Assembly (NCBI GenBank): GCA_965200245.1
Contig: CBDATS010000004.1
Location: 32,001-96,000 of the forward strand
Direction of reading: 5' to 3'
From: a bacterium
GTDB lineage: Bacteria > UBA8248
DNA length: 64,000 bases
A model generated the notes under the pieces. It had not been told where the DNA came from. It made no database searches and saw only the letters and a program-made list of their open reading frames with translations. The position numbers and the translations under genes are program-made. This document shows positions 35,112 through 44,752 of the stretch, piece by piece; positions within the stretch are counted from its first letter, which is position 1, and every line of letters starts with the position of its first letter.

Positions 35112-35576
35112 TTGGAAATAAATATCAGTATCAACGGCGAGAGCCGGGCGTTCGACGTGGAACCCAGAACCCTCCTTGTTCACCTGCTGCGTGACGACGC
35201 AGGCCTGACAGGCACGCACGTCGCGTGTGAAACCTCGATATGCGGCGCATGTACCGTTCTCGTTGACGGCCAGGCAGTGAAAAGCTGCACGGTCCTTGCC
35301 GCGCAGGCGCAAGGCTGCGAGGTCACGACCATCGAGGGACTGGCCAATGGAGATCAGCTCCACCCGCTTCAGGAACAGTTCTGGGAAAAACACGGCCTGC
35401 AGTGCGGTTTTTGCACGCCGGGCATGATCCTGACAGCGAACCAACTCATTGCATCCAACTCCGATCCGACGGACGAGGAAATCAGGCACGGCATAGAAGG
35501 TAACATTTGCCGCTGCACGGGTTATCAACACATCGTCGACGCCATTTCCGCGGCGGCGGCTCAGATGAGGGAATAA
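35112..35576 (+). CDS. coxS: (2Fe-2S) small subunit, CoxS-like
   Basis: [27 protein letters not shown]; TTG start assumed. Confidence 0.92.
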   Translation: MEINISINGESRAFDVEPRTLLVHLLRDDAGLTGTHVACETSICGACTVLVDGQAVKSCTVLAAQAQGCEVTTIEGLANGDQLHPLQEQFWEKHGLQCGFCTPGMILTANQLIASNSDPTDEEIRHGIEGNICRCTGYQHIVDAISAAAAQMRE

Positions 35577-35579
35577 GAG

Positions 35580-37907
35580 ATGGCCCAAGCACCCAAATTC
35601 ATAGGCGCACCCATCAAAAGACGAGACGACCCGCGGCTCATTCAGGGCCTCGCCCACTACGTGGACGATTTCAACCTATCCGGTACCCTGCACATGGCGT
35701 TGGTGAGAAGCCCGTACGGCAAAGCCAACATACGTTCGGTCGATACATCCGGAGCGGCCGGGGCAGAAGGCGTCGTCGCCATCTACACACACGAAGAGAC
35801 CAAGGGCATCGGCCCCGTTCCCGTGGGCGGCCTCGTACCCGATGCCAAGGTGCCTGAACAGCCGATTCTGGCCGACAAGCAGGTTCTCTTCGCAGGCGAA
35901 CCCGTTGTCGCAGTGATCGCCGAGACGCGCTACGGGGCCCGCGACGCGGCGGAACTGGTCGATATCGACTACGAGCCGCTCGACGCCGTGGTGGACCTGG
36001 AAGCCGCTCTTGAACCCGGCGCCCCCCAGGTACACGACGACTATGAGAGCAACCAGGCCTTCACGTGGGGCATCGCGGGCGGCGACGTAGAAGCCGGCAT
36101 GAAAGAGGCGGACGTCATCGTCAAGGAGAAGATGACCAACGCACGCGTCGCTCCGCTGGCCCTGGAACCAAGGGGCGTTCTGGCGCACTACCTCCCCGGC
36201 GAAGACAAGATGACTTTATGGACCTCCACCCAGGTTCCGCACAAGGTGCGCACACTGGTGGCGGGCCAGATCGGCATGCCGGAGAACCGCATGCGCGTCA
36301 TCGCTCCCGAAGTTGGCGGTGGCTTCGGCAGCAAGCTCAACATCTACCGCGAAGAGGCCCTGGCCGCTTTCGTCTCGCGCGAACTCGGCGTACCGATCAA
36401 ATGGGTGGAGAGCCGTTCGGAAAACTTCATGACCACCATCCACGGGCGCGGCCAAGTGGGCGAGATCGAGATGGGCCTCAAGAACGACGGCACCATTACC
36501 GCGTTCCGCTACAACGTGCTCGCCGACTGCGGAGCCTACTACCAGTTGCTCACCGTCGCTATCTTCACCCTGACAGGCCTCATGCTTCCCGGCCCCTACA
36601 AGATTGCGAACATCGAGATGAACGCTACCGGCGTGTTCACCAACAAGGTGGCGACCGACGCCTACCGGGGCGCAGGTCGTCCCGAGGCAACCTATATCCT
36701 GGAACGCATGATGGACATCGCGGCGATTGAACTCGGTATGGATCCCGTGGAGATCAGGCGCAAGAACTTCCCGGACAAATCCGAGTTCCCCTTCGACACT
36801 TCCGCGGGCCTCAGCTACGACAGCGGGGACTACCACGCCGCGCTCGACCGCGCACTCGAAGCGGCGGACTACCCCGCCATGCGCGCCCAGCAGGAAGAGG
36901 CCAGGAAAGATGGCAGGTATCTGGGAATCGGCTTTTCCACCTACGTCGAGATTTGCGGCATGGGTCCCTCCGCAGCACTGGGCGGCCAGGGCTGGGAGAG
37001 CGCGCGCGTACGTGTGGAACCCACGGGCAAAGCCACCGTGTTCTCGGGCGCATCGCCCCATGGACAGGGCCAGCAGACTTCTTTCGCACAAATCGTTGCG
37101 GACGGCCTCGGCATCGACCCGAACGACGTGACCGTCATCCATGGGGACACCGACGTGGTGCCCTATGGCGTGGGCACCTTCGGCAGCCGTGGCACCGTAG
37201 TGGGTGGCTCAGCGGTCGTCTACGCGCGTGACAAGGTGCGCGCCAAGATGGCCAAGTTCGCGGCCCTGGAGTTCGAGGCGGATGCGAACGACATCGAGTT
37301 CGAGGACGGCAAGGTCTTCGTGAAGAGCGCACCTGAGAAATCGGCAGGCTTCTCAGACATCGCGATGCTCGCCTACAGTGCCATTGCGCTTCCTGAAGAC
37401 ACGGAACCGGGCCTCGAGGAGACGCATTTCTTCGAACCGGGCAACTTCACATTCCCCTTCGGGACGCACATCGTTCTGGTCGAGGTCGACCCGGAGACAG
37501 GCGAGGTGGAGATTCTCCGCTACGTGGCGGTCGACGACGTGGGCAACATGATCAATCCACTGCTCGTTCACGGGCAGATCCACGGTGGCATAGCCCAGGG
37601 GGCGGGACAGGCCCTGGAGGAGGAGATGCTCTACGGCGAGGGCGGACAACCGCTCAACGCGTCGTTCATGCACTATGCGCTCCCCAAGGCGAACCGCCTG
37701 CCCCGCTTCGAGCTTTTGCATACCACCACGCCGACGGACGTGAACCCGCTCGGTGCGAAAGGCGTGGGCGAGGCCGGCACCATCGGCTCCACGCCTGCCG
37801 TCGTGAACGCCGTTATCGACGCGCTTTCGCCTTTTGGCATCACGCATATCGACATGCCGCTGCGCCCCGAGAGGCTGTGGCGCGCCATCGCCGAGAAGAG
37901 GGCTTGA
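35580..37907 (+). CDS. coxL: Molybdopterin-binding subunit, form II CoxL-like
   Basis: GGGFGSK, AYRGAGRPE (form II loop), GQIHGG, KGVGEAG. Confidence 0.9.
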   Translation: MAQAPKFIGAPIKRRDDPRLIQGLAHYVDDFNLSGTLHMALVRSPYGKANIRSVDTSGAAGAEGVVAIYTHEETKGIGPVPVGGLVPDAKVPEQPILADKQVLFAGEPVVAVIAETRYGARDAAELVDIDYEPLDAVVDLEAALEPGAPQVHDDYESNQAFTWGIAGGDVEAGMKEADVIVKEKMTNARVAPLALEPRGVLAHYLPGEDKMTLWTSTQVPHKVRTLVAGQIGMPENRMRVIAPEVGGGFGSKLNIYREEALAAFVSRELGVPIKWVESRSENFMTTIHGRGQVGEIEMGLKNDGTITAFRYNVLADCGAYYQLLTVAIFTLTGLMLPGPYKIANIEMNATGVFTNKVATDAYRGAGRPEATYILERMMDIAAIELGMDPVEIRRKNFPDKSEFPFDTSAGLSYDSGDYHAALDRALEAADYPAMRAQQEEARKDGRYLGIGFSTYVEICGMGPSAALGGQGWESARVRVEPTGKATVFSGASPHGQGQQTSFAQIVADGLGIDPNDVTVIHGDTDVVPYGVGTFGSRGTVVGGSAVVYARDKVRAKMAKFAALEFEADANDIEFEDGKVFVKSAPEKSAGFSDIAMLAYSAIALPEDTEPGLEETHFFEPGNFTFPFGTHIVLVEVDPETGEVEILRYVAVDDVGNMINPLLVHGQIHGGIAQGAGQALEEEMLYGEGGQPLNASFMHYALPKANRLPRFELLHTTTPTDVNPLGAKGVGEAGTIGSTPAVVNAVIDALSPFGITHIDMPLRPERLWRAIAEKRA

Positions 37908-37910
37908 GAA

Positions 37911-38783
37911 ATGATTCCAGCTTCTTTCGACTACGTTCGACCACAATCGCTAGAAGACGCTCTTGCGCAACTCAGGGAACATGGAGACGACGCGCGGGTC
38001 CTCGCCGGAGGCCATAGCCTCCTGCCCGTGATGAAGGCGCGGCTCGCTGCTCCGGGCGTCCTCGTCGACATTGCGCACATCGAGGGTCTCTCGGGCATCA
38101 GTGAATCAGAAGGCGGCTTCAGCATCGGCGCGATGACGACACACGCCGAAATCGAGGCGTCCGATCTGGTTCAGGAAAAATGCCGGGCACTCGCCGAGGC
38201 GGCGGGCTCCATTGGTGACTTGCAGGTCAGAAACCGCGGTACGATAGGTGGCTCCCTCGCCCATGCCGACCCCGCCGCTGACTACCCGGCGGCCGTTCTG
38301 GCGGCGGGAGCGGAAATCACCGTTGCCGGCGTGAACGGGGAGCGCGTCATCGGTATTGACGATTTCTTTACCAGAACCTACGAGACATCCCTGGACGACG
38401 GCGAGATAATCACCTCCGTCCGCATACCGGCTCCGGCCGCGCGGGGCGGAAGTGCCTATCTCAAGGCAGCCCAGCAGGCCAGTGGTTTCGCGGTATGCGG
38501 CGTGGCTGCACAACTCGCCCTGGATGAAAACGGGTCGGTCGAGTCCATCCGCGTGGGTGTGACGGGCGTGGCCGCTCCCGCCTATCGGGCCACGAACGTC
38601 GAAGACACCCTCATGGGCAGCGCGCCGAGCGCCGAGTCGATTCGCAAGGCGGCTATGGCGGCCGGTGAAGGTGTCGATGCACTGGATGATTTTTACGCCG
38701 GGGCGGACTTCAGACGTCACCTCGCGGGCGTATACGCCGCACGTGCCATCGGCAAGGCCTGGATTCGCGCTTCCGGCAATTAG
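37911..38783 (+). CDS. coxM: FAD-binding subunit, CoxM-like
   Basis: LAGGHSLLP, QVRNRGTIGGSLAHADPAAD. Confidence 0.92.
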   Translation: MIPASFDYVRPQSLEDALAQLREHGDDARVLAGGHSLLPVMKARLAAPGVLVDIAHIEGLSGISESEGGFSIGAMTTHAEIEASDLVQEKCRALAEAAGSIGDLQVRNRGTIGGSLAHADPAADYPAAVLAAGAEITVAGVNGERVIGIDDFFTRTYETSLDDGEIITSVRIPAPAARGGSAYLKAAQQASGFAVCGVAAQLALDENGSVESIRVGVTGVAAPAYRATNVEDTLMGSAPSAESIRKAAMAAGEGVDALDDFYAGADFRRHLAGVYAARAIGKAWIRASGN

Positions 38784-38834
38784 TTTTCTTGCCGCAAGCG
38801 CGTAAGCGTTCACCCATAAAACCTGTACTCCCAT

Positions 38835-38859
38835 ATCGCCCCCACTCGCTGGGGGCGAT
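38835..38859 (+). terminator. Hairpin after coxM
   Basis: ATCGCCCCCA-CTCGC-TGGGGGCGAT perfect 10-bp stem. Confidence 0.55.
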
Positions 38860-38883
38860 CTTCTTCAGCCCGGTGATTTCGAA

Positions 38884-39708
38884 TTGAACGATGATCCACT
38901 TCTTCCATCCATCCCTTGGCTCGCGCACGAGAACGCGTGTTTCATCAGGCAGCTTCGTGCGATGCCTGACGCTGATTGGACGAAACCTACCTTCTGCCCG
39001 GAGTGGAATGCGGCCCGACTCATCGGCCACATGACGGGTGGTGCCATCTCCTACACCGAGCGCATGCGGGCGGCGCGCCGATGCGAGGTCATCATTTCGC
39101 TCGGTGCGGAAACACCCGAGGAATTTCAAGCGGCGCGCGATGAGATTATGCGACAATCCATCGCCATGTCCCCCAAAAAGCGCATCGACTGGCTCGAACA
39201 CAGCCAGGACGAACTCCAGGTCGAAATCGAGCGCCTGGAACCGGGCGACCTAGACCGCGACCTCTGGCACCGCAAGGGAAACACGAAGGTGCGCACCTTC
39301 CCCGCTCAAAGATTATATGAGGTGGCACTCCACGGCTGGGACCTAACTAACGATCCGGACGCCCCGATCAACACCGAATCGCTGAGCGCGCTGGTCGAGA
39401 TTCTCGAATCAAGGATTCCCCTTTACTTCAACCGCTCGGGCGCAACCGGCCCTGCCGGCACCTTCCGTTTCCAGACGAATCAGCCTGTGGCCACATGGGA
39501 GATGGTGATAGCAGACGGCGAGGCGTCGGCCCTGCAAGGTCTTTCCTCCTCTCCTGATACGGTTTTTTTGGCATTTGCAAGCGACATGGTGCTCCTGTGT
39601 GCGGGCCGGGCGAATCGCGCCGAAAAAATCGCGGGAGACTCCCTCACTATCGAAGGGGACGCGTACAAGGCTGCCACGCTCATGGATGTCCTCTTCCAGC
39701 CCTTTTAG
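38884..39708 (+). CDS. Maleylpyruvate isomerase (MDMPI/DinB) family protein with SCP2-like C-terminus
   Basis: WTKPTFCPEWNAARLIGHM, RLYEVALHGWDL, LTIEGD. Confidence 0.8.
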   Translation: MNDDPLLPSIPWLAHENACFIRQLRAMPDADWTKPTFCPEWNAARLIGHMTGGAISYTERMRAARRCEVIISLGAETPEEFQAARDEIMRQSIAMSPKKRIDWLEHSQDELQVEIERLEPGDLDRDLWHRKGNTKVRTFPAQRLYEVALHGWDLTNDPDAPINTESLSALVEILESRIPLYFNRSGATGPAGTFRFQTNQPVATWEMVIADGEASALQGLSSSPDTVFLAFASDMVLLCAGRANRAEKIAGDSLTIEGDAYKAATLMDVLFQPF

Positions 39709-39726
39709 ACAGATGCAAGTCTAGGC

Positions 39727-40242
39727 ATGCGCATCGTCATCGACGGATACAACCTCATCCCCGCCATCCCCGAACTCAGGCGCGTGCTCCATCAGGACCT
39801 CGAAGCCGGACGCGAAGGATTGGTCGGGATGCTCGGGAACTATCGCCGAAATTCCAGCGGCAATCCCCGAATCACCGTCGTTTTCGACGGCAAACCCCAT
39901 CACGATCACGGGGGCAGTAAAAACGCGGGCGGCATCGAAGTGCTGTTCTCAAGGCACGAAATCGCGGATGTCCTTATCCTTCGCCTCCTTAAGGACCGCT
40001 ACAAGGGCACCGTTCTCGTCACTTCAGACAGGATGCTCGGCGAGGCGGCTGCTCCCTTCGCCTCGGCCGTTGTGAAAACGGGAGAGTTCCGGGACCGGCT
40101 CTACCAAGCGGCCTTCATGGAGGAAGATGACCAGGAGGATGAACCACCCAGGACACCAAGGCGCGATACGAAAAAGAAGGGCAACCCCAGACGCGCACCC
40201 AGAAAAAAGCGCAGGCGGAACCAGCAACTCAAGAATCTTTGA
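39727..40242 (+). CDS. YacP-like NYN-domain protein
   Basis: IVIDGYNLI, VVFDG, ADVLI, LVTSDR, basic tail KKGNPRR. Confidence 0.88.
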   Translation: MRIVIDGYNLIPAIPELRRVLHQDLEAGREGLVGMLGNYRRNSSGNPRITVVFDGKPHHDHGGSKNAGGIEVLFSRHEIADVLILRLLKDRYKGTVLVTSDRMLGEAAAPFASAVVKTGEFRDRLYQAAFMEEDDQEDEPPRTPRRDTKKKGNPRRAPRKKRRRNQQLKNL

Positions 40243-40367
40243 GGCAGATTAGCCTCAGACGCACCTCCTCTGTCATCTCAAACAATATCCAACCAGTAGA
40301 AATTATCGGGATTATCTGAGGGATGATGATCTGATGAGCAATCGGGACTTATGGGATGAAATAACAG

Positions 40368-41059
40368 GGGAGTTATCTACTTGAATCCGCAAGTCTTCAT
40401 ATCTTGATTTTTGCGTTTCCGGGTGTATCGTTTACGTCACAGGCGGAATTGCTGCCAGAACCGGTGCATGGGCCGCCTTCCTCCAATCAGGCCATACACC
40501 GGATCTGACTGTAACTCAGTGGGGCACTTTCGTACATAATTTCCTTTTTAGAAAGCATCATCCCAATCATAGTATGCGCCACTAGCGGCTTCCAACTGTT
40601 CCTCGGTGAGCCGGGACGGGGGCGGAAGGACGAGATAGCTGTTCTCGGCGTCGTCTTCCATCACATGCAGGTTGAAATTCTCCGGCATCGTTACCCCGAA
40701 CTCCTCCGATATCACGGCCTTCGGTTCAGAAATCAGACGGGCGCGGAACTCCTCACTGTCGCCTGCCTTCTCGATCAGGTGCTCGCGCATCTCGGTGACG
40801 GATTTCATTCTGGTCTCCTTTCCATGAGGAAATGAGCATGAGTGGATACCCCCGATGCCTTTTTTGCATCGTTGCCATGAACAGGGTATGGGACATTCCG
40901 GTGGGAAAGCAAGAAATTTTTGACGTTTACTGGTGAGAAACAGGGTTCCGCCCGGAAGCCCGTCCGTGTGTCCCCTGCTCTCCCGGGAAACCGGCGGCCG
41001 AAGGCTTCGTTTTTCCAAATTCAGGTATTCAGACTTGTGGAATGAAGTATGTAATTCCC
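40368..41059. mobile_element. 692-bp non-autonomous element, copy 1 (no target duplication)
   Basis: Appears identical to 52522-53213; terminal inverted repeats match 23/29; no transposase. Confidence 0.88.
40548..40808 (-). CDS. NHLP (nitrile-hydratase-like leader) RiPP precursor, copy 1
   Basis: 86 aa: LIEKAGDSEEFRARLISEPKAVISEEFG...LHVMEDDAENSYLVLPPP...LTEEQLEAASG-AYYDWDDAF; AAGGAG RBS. Confidence 0.88.
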   Translation of the reverse strand: MKSVTEMREHLIEKAGDSEEFRARLISEPKAVISEEFGVTMPENFNLHVMEDDAENSYLVLPPPSRLTEEQLEAASGAYYDWDDAF

Positions 41060-41062
41060 AAA

Positions 41063-41932
41063 TTATTCGGAGCGCAGTCTGGGGTCGAGTGTATCGCGCA
41101 CGGCGTCGCCGAAGAGGTTGAAGGCGAACACCGCGGCAGTGATGGCGAGTCCCGGAAAAACGGGAATCCACGGTGCGCTTTCGGCATATTCCTCCGCACC
41201 TCCCTGAAGCATCAGCCCCCAAGCGGGAGTGGGTTCCTGGACGCCCAGCCCGAGATAGGAGAGCGAGGCTTCGAGCAAGATGGCCCGACCGAGAAACGAA
41301 GTGAGCATGATCAGATACGGAGCCATGACGTTGGGAATCATGTGCCGACAGATGATGCGAACGTGCGCGAAACCCAGTGCGCGTGCGGCGTCCACGTAGG
41401 GAATTTCGCGAATCGCCAGCGCGCTCGATCGTACCACGCGGGCGCACCGAGGGATGAGCGGAATCGTGATTGCCAGGATCACGTTCTGCGTCCCCGTGCC
41501 GAATATGGAAACCACCGAGAGCGCCATGATGATGAGCGGAAACGAGATGAAAATATCCATGAAACGCTGGAAGATGAGGTCGAAGCGTCCACCGAAATAA
41601 GCGCTCCCCACGCCCAGGATGAGGCCTGCGGTGGAACCCAGGACGGAGGCCGAAAACCCCACGAAGAGCGCTGTTCTGGCACCGTAGACGATACGCGTAA
41701 AGATGTCGCGCCCGAACTGATCCGTCCCGAACCAGTGCGCGGCACCTGGTGCGAAGTGCATACTGTCAAAAGAATTCTGTACCGGGTCATAGAAGGTGAT
41801 GATCTCGGCAAAGGCGGCCAGAAGTATCATCACCAGGACGGAGCAGGCACTCACGGCACCCAGCGGTTTTTTCCGCGCCGTATCCTTGATCCTGTCAACC
41901 CATGAGCGTTCGGGAAGATTGTCGAAATCCAT
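41063..41932 (-). CDS. Peptide/nickel ABC permease (DppC-like)
   Basis: HWFGTDQFGRDIFTR, YVDAARALG, EASLSYLGLG, FNLFGDAVRDTLDPR; start uncertain. Confidence 0.92.
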   Translation of the reverse strand: MDFDNLPERSWVDRIKDTARKKPLGAVSACSVLVMILLAAFAEIITFYDPVQNSFDSMHFAPGAAHWFGTDQFGRDIFTRIVYGARTALFVGFSASVLGSTAGLILGVGSAYFGGRFDLIFQRFMDIFISFPLIIMALSVVSIFGTGTQNVILAITIPLIPRCARVVRSSALAIREIPYVDAARALGFAHVRIICRHMIPNVMAPYLIMLTSFLGRAILLEASLSYLGLGVQEPTPAWGLMLQGGAEEYAESAPWIPVFPGLAITAAVFAFNLFGDAVRDTLDPRLRSE

Positions 41933-41975
41933 TTCGGAGACGGCGAGGTTGCCCGGAGACGCGATGATCGATCTC

Positions 41976-42947
41976 CTAGCTGTAGCGTATGCGCGGGTCA
42001 AGCCACGCATAGAGAATATCGATGAACAGGTTCGTCAAGATGAAGACGACGGCCACGAGCATGACGAGGGATTGCGTCATGGTGTAGTCATGGTTCGTCA
42101 CCGATTCGACGAAGAGTTTTCCCAGGCCGTTGAGGTTGAAGACCTGCTCGGTCACCACCAGCCCGCCCATCAGGAAGGCGAATTCCAGGCCGATAATCGT
42201 CGCCACGGGCAAGAGCGAATTCTTGAGCGCATGGCGGTTGATGATGAGTTTCTCCAAAAGTCCCTTGGCGCGGGCGGTACGTACGTAATCCTCTCGCAGG
42301 ACTTCCAGCAGGGCCGAGCGCGTCATGCGCGTTGCGACGGCAGAATAGCGGTAGCCCGTCGCGACGGCCGGCCAGATGAGTTGGGAAATATTCGCCACCG
42401 GATCTTCCCATATCGGCGTGTAGTGAATCGGCGGCATCCAGGGGTTTCCAAAGAATTTCTGCGTCATGATCAAGAGGCCGAGGATAATCAGGATGCCCAG
42501 CCAGAAGGATGGCATGGCGATGCCTGCGATGCTGAACGAACGCACAACGTAGTCGATCCAGGTATCCTGTTTGATGGCGGAGATCGTGCCCAGCGGAATG
42601 GCAATGATGGTAGCCGTGAGCGTCGCCATGATGGCGACCTGAAGCGAAAGTTCGAAGCGCAGACCGATCTCATGCAGTATCGGTTTGCCCGTCCACATGG
42701 ATTTTCCCAAGTCGAACGTGAAGAATCCGGTAATGAAATCGATGAACTGCACGAAGATGGGTGCGTCTATCCCCAGATTCTTCTGGCACGTCGCTATCGC
42801 TTCCTTGTCCACGTACATGCCCGTGCCAGCCATGCGGAGTTCACACACGTCGCCGGGAATCAGGCGAAGCATGAAGAATACCAGCACCGCCGCTCCCAGC
42901 AGCGTAGGGAACATCAGCAGGATTCTCTTGATTGTGTACTTATACAC
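41976..42947 (-). CDS. Peptide/nickel ABC permease (DppB-like)
   Basis: RLIPGD, DLGKS, EDYVRTARAKGL, DILYAWLDPRI. Confidence 0.93.
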   Translation of the reverse strand: MYKYTIKRILLMFPTLLGAAVLVFFMLRLIPGDVCELRMAGTGMYVDKEAIATCQKNLGIDAPIFVQFIDFITGFFTFDLGKSMWTGKPILHEIGLRFELSLQVAIMATLTATIIAIPLGTISAIKQDTWIDYVVRSFSIAGIAMPSFWLGILIILGLLIMTQKFFGNPWMPPIHYTPIWEDPVANISQLIWPAVATGYRYSAVATRMTRSALLEVLREDYVRTARAKGLLEKLIINRHALKNSLLPVATIIGLEFAFLMGGLVVTEQVFNLNGLGKLFVESVTNHDYTMTQSLVMLVAVVFILTNLFIDILYAWLDPRIRYS

Positions 42948-43010
42948 CTTTCGCGCCCTTGCATTTCAAACGATTGGCAACTCCCGGAACCGAAAACCCC
43001 AGGAAGCGTC

Positions 43011-43043
43011 TCCACCGTCGCCTGGTGTCCAGGCGACGGTGGA
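43011..43043. terminator. Perfect 15-bp hairpin after the SBP gene (stabiliser or attenuator)
   Basis: TCCACCGTCGCCTGG-TGT-CCAGGCGACGGTGGA. Confidence 0.7.
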
Positions 43044-43054
43044 AGTGATGCAGC

Positions 43055-44677
43055 CTATTTTTCGATCCAGACGTTGTCCAGGTGCTGGTTCAGGTAGTGG
43101 CTCGGCGCTATCTTCCAACCTTTCACATAGCTACGGTGTGGGTTGATCTTGTACCACCAGAGCGTCACGAATTGATGGGCCATCTCATCGAGTGCGCGCT
43201 TTTCGTACTTGCGCATGATGGCGCGCTGCTTGTTCACGTCGGGCTCGCGGTTCATCTGATCGTACCATTTGTCGAGCTGGCGATCGTGGTACTGCGCGTA
43301 CTGGTTGCCCGCCCTGTCGTCGGAGATGAATTTCGATACATCCACGAGCGGGTTAATGACCGACTGGCAGTTGAAGTCGATGGACACGTCGAAGTTCTTC
43401 TTCTTACGCAGCGTGGCATAGAAAGGTCCGGAGGGCTGCACCCACTGCTTGACCTTCAGGCCAATTTTGCGCCACTGGTCGATGACCCAGGTGCCCACAA
43501 CCTTATAGGGCTGGTCCACACCCCGGTTGTGCAAGGAGAACTCGAAGCCGCTCGGATAGCCAGCTTCTTTCAGCAGCCTTTTCGCCTCGGCGCGGGATTT
43601 GTTGATGTCCGGCCAGTAGCCGGCGATCTTGGTCAACTCCTCTTTCGTCGCCGCCAGAGGGTGTTTCGGGAAAACCACGCCGCCCACGGTCTTCACGATA
43701 GCGATGCGCGAGAGGTACTTCGATCCGCCCCAGCGATCGATTGCAAGCGTCAGTGCCCGGCGCACGCGTGCGTCGTCGAAGGGTTTGCGCTTGTGGTTGG
43801 GCGTCACCATGAGGTTGCAGTTCCAGTCGCTCTCCTGAACGGTGAGCTTGTCGCCCAGCGCTTTTTTCAGGTCGTCACGCGCCTTGGGCGGAAATCCGCG
43901 GAATTCGATGGCCGCGCGGTCGCCGCGGATGGCCTGGAGGCGGATCGCCATCTTGGGCGCAGAGATCGCTCGGTAGCCGTCGAGATAGGGTTTGCCCTTG
44001 TGGTGATATTTCTCATAGCGTTTGCCCTCGACGAATGCGCCCGGCTGGTGCTGCACGAAGCGGAACGCGCCCGTGCCGTTCACGTTCTTCTGGTGCCATT
44101 TGTAACCGTGCTTGTCGAGGTCAGCCTTCGAGTAGATGAAGTTGTAGGGCAGCGCCAGCGCAGGGACGAAGGCACCTGTGGGATATTTCAGCTTGAACAC
44201 CAGCGTCCGGGCGTCGGGTGCGGTGACTGATTTCACCATGCTGAAGAAAGCCTTGCGGTTGCTCTCAATGCCTTTCGGCGGATTGACAATCTTGTCATAC
44301 GTCGCCTTCACGTCCGCCGAGGTGAGTTTCTGGCCGTTGTGGAACGAGATGTCGTCGCGGATCTTGAAGGTGTACTTCGTGTGTCCTTCGGTCGGCTTCG
44401 GTACGCCACCTTCACACACATCGCAGACGAAATCCGTCGGTGATGCAGGGTTGTCGGGATTCACTCGAATTAAAAGGCTGTAAAAGGGACGAATGGGGTG
44501 AATCATCCCGAAAGTGGATTCGATATGGCCGTCGTAAGAGGGAATCTTGCTTCCGACGACAAACTTGAGCGTGCCACCCTTCTTGGGAGCCGCTCCGGCG
44601 GGCGGGGCAAAGCTCCACGCCGCCAGGGCGAGCAGTGACGCCCCTACAACCAGGAATACAAAACGAGTCTTCCACAT
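43055..44677 (-). CDS. ABC substrate-binding protein, family 5
   Basis: Signal peptide, FHNGQKLTSADVKAT, GTGAFRF, PFDDARVRRALTLAIDR. Confidence 0.92.
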   Translation of the reverse strand: MWKTRFVFLVVGASLLALAAWSFAPPAGAAPKKGGTLKFVVGSKIPSYDGHIESTFGMIHPIRPFYSLLIRVNPDNPASPTDFVCDVCEGGVPKPTEGHTKYTFKIRDDISFHNGQKLTSADVKATYDKIVNPPKGIESNRKAFFSMVKSVTAPDARTLVFKLKYPTGAFVPALALPYNFIYSKADLDKHGYKWHQKNVNGTGAFRFVQHQPGAFVEGKRYEKYHHKGKPYLDGYRAISAPKMAIRLQAIRGDRAAIEFRGFPPKARDDLKKALGDKLTVQESDWNCNLMVTPNHKRKPFDDARVRRALTLAIDRWGGSKYLSRIAIVKTVGGVVFPKHPLAATKEELTKIAGYWPDINKSRAEAKRLLKEAGYPSGFEFSLHNRGVDQPYKVVGTWVIDQWRKIGLKVKQWVQPSGPFYATLRKKKNFDVSIDFNCQSVINPLVDVSKFISDDRAGNQYAQYHDRQLDKWYDQMNREPDVNKQRAIMRKYEKRALDEMAHQFVTLWWYKINPHRSYVKGWKIAPSHYLNQHLDNVWIEK

Positions 44678-44752
44678 AAGAAATCTCCTTTAGGTGCTCC
44701 GTAGAAATAAATACACCTCGAATCGCAGAACGAAACAGCGTCTTCAAGAATC

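Noticed and set aside
40548-41447. 299-aa and 198-aa (52702-53298) ORF-track proteins
   Set aside because: Their N-termini differ and cross the element boundary; the RBS supports the 86-aa NHLP ORF only.
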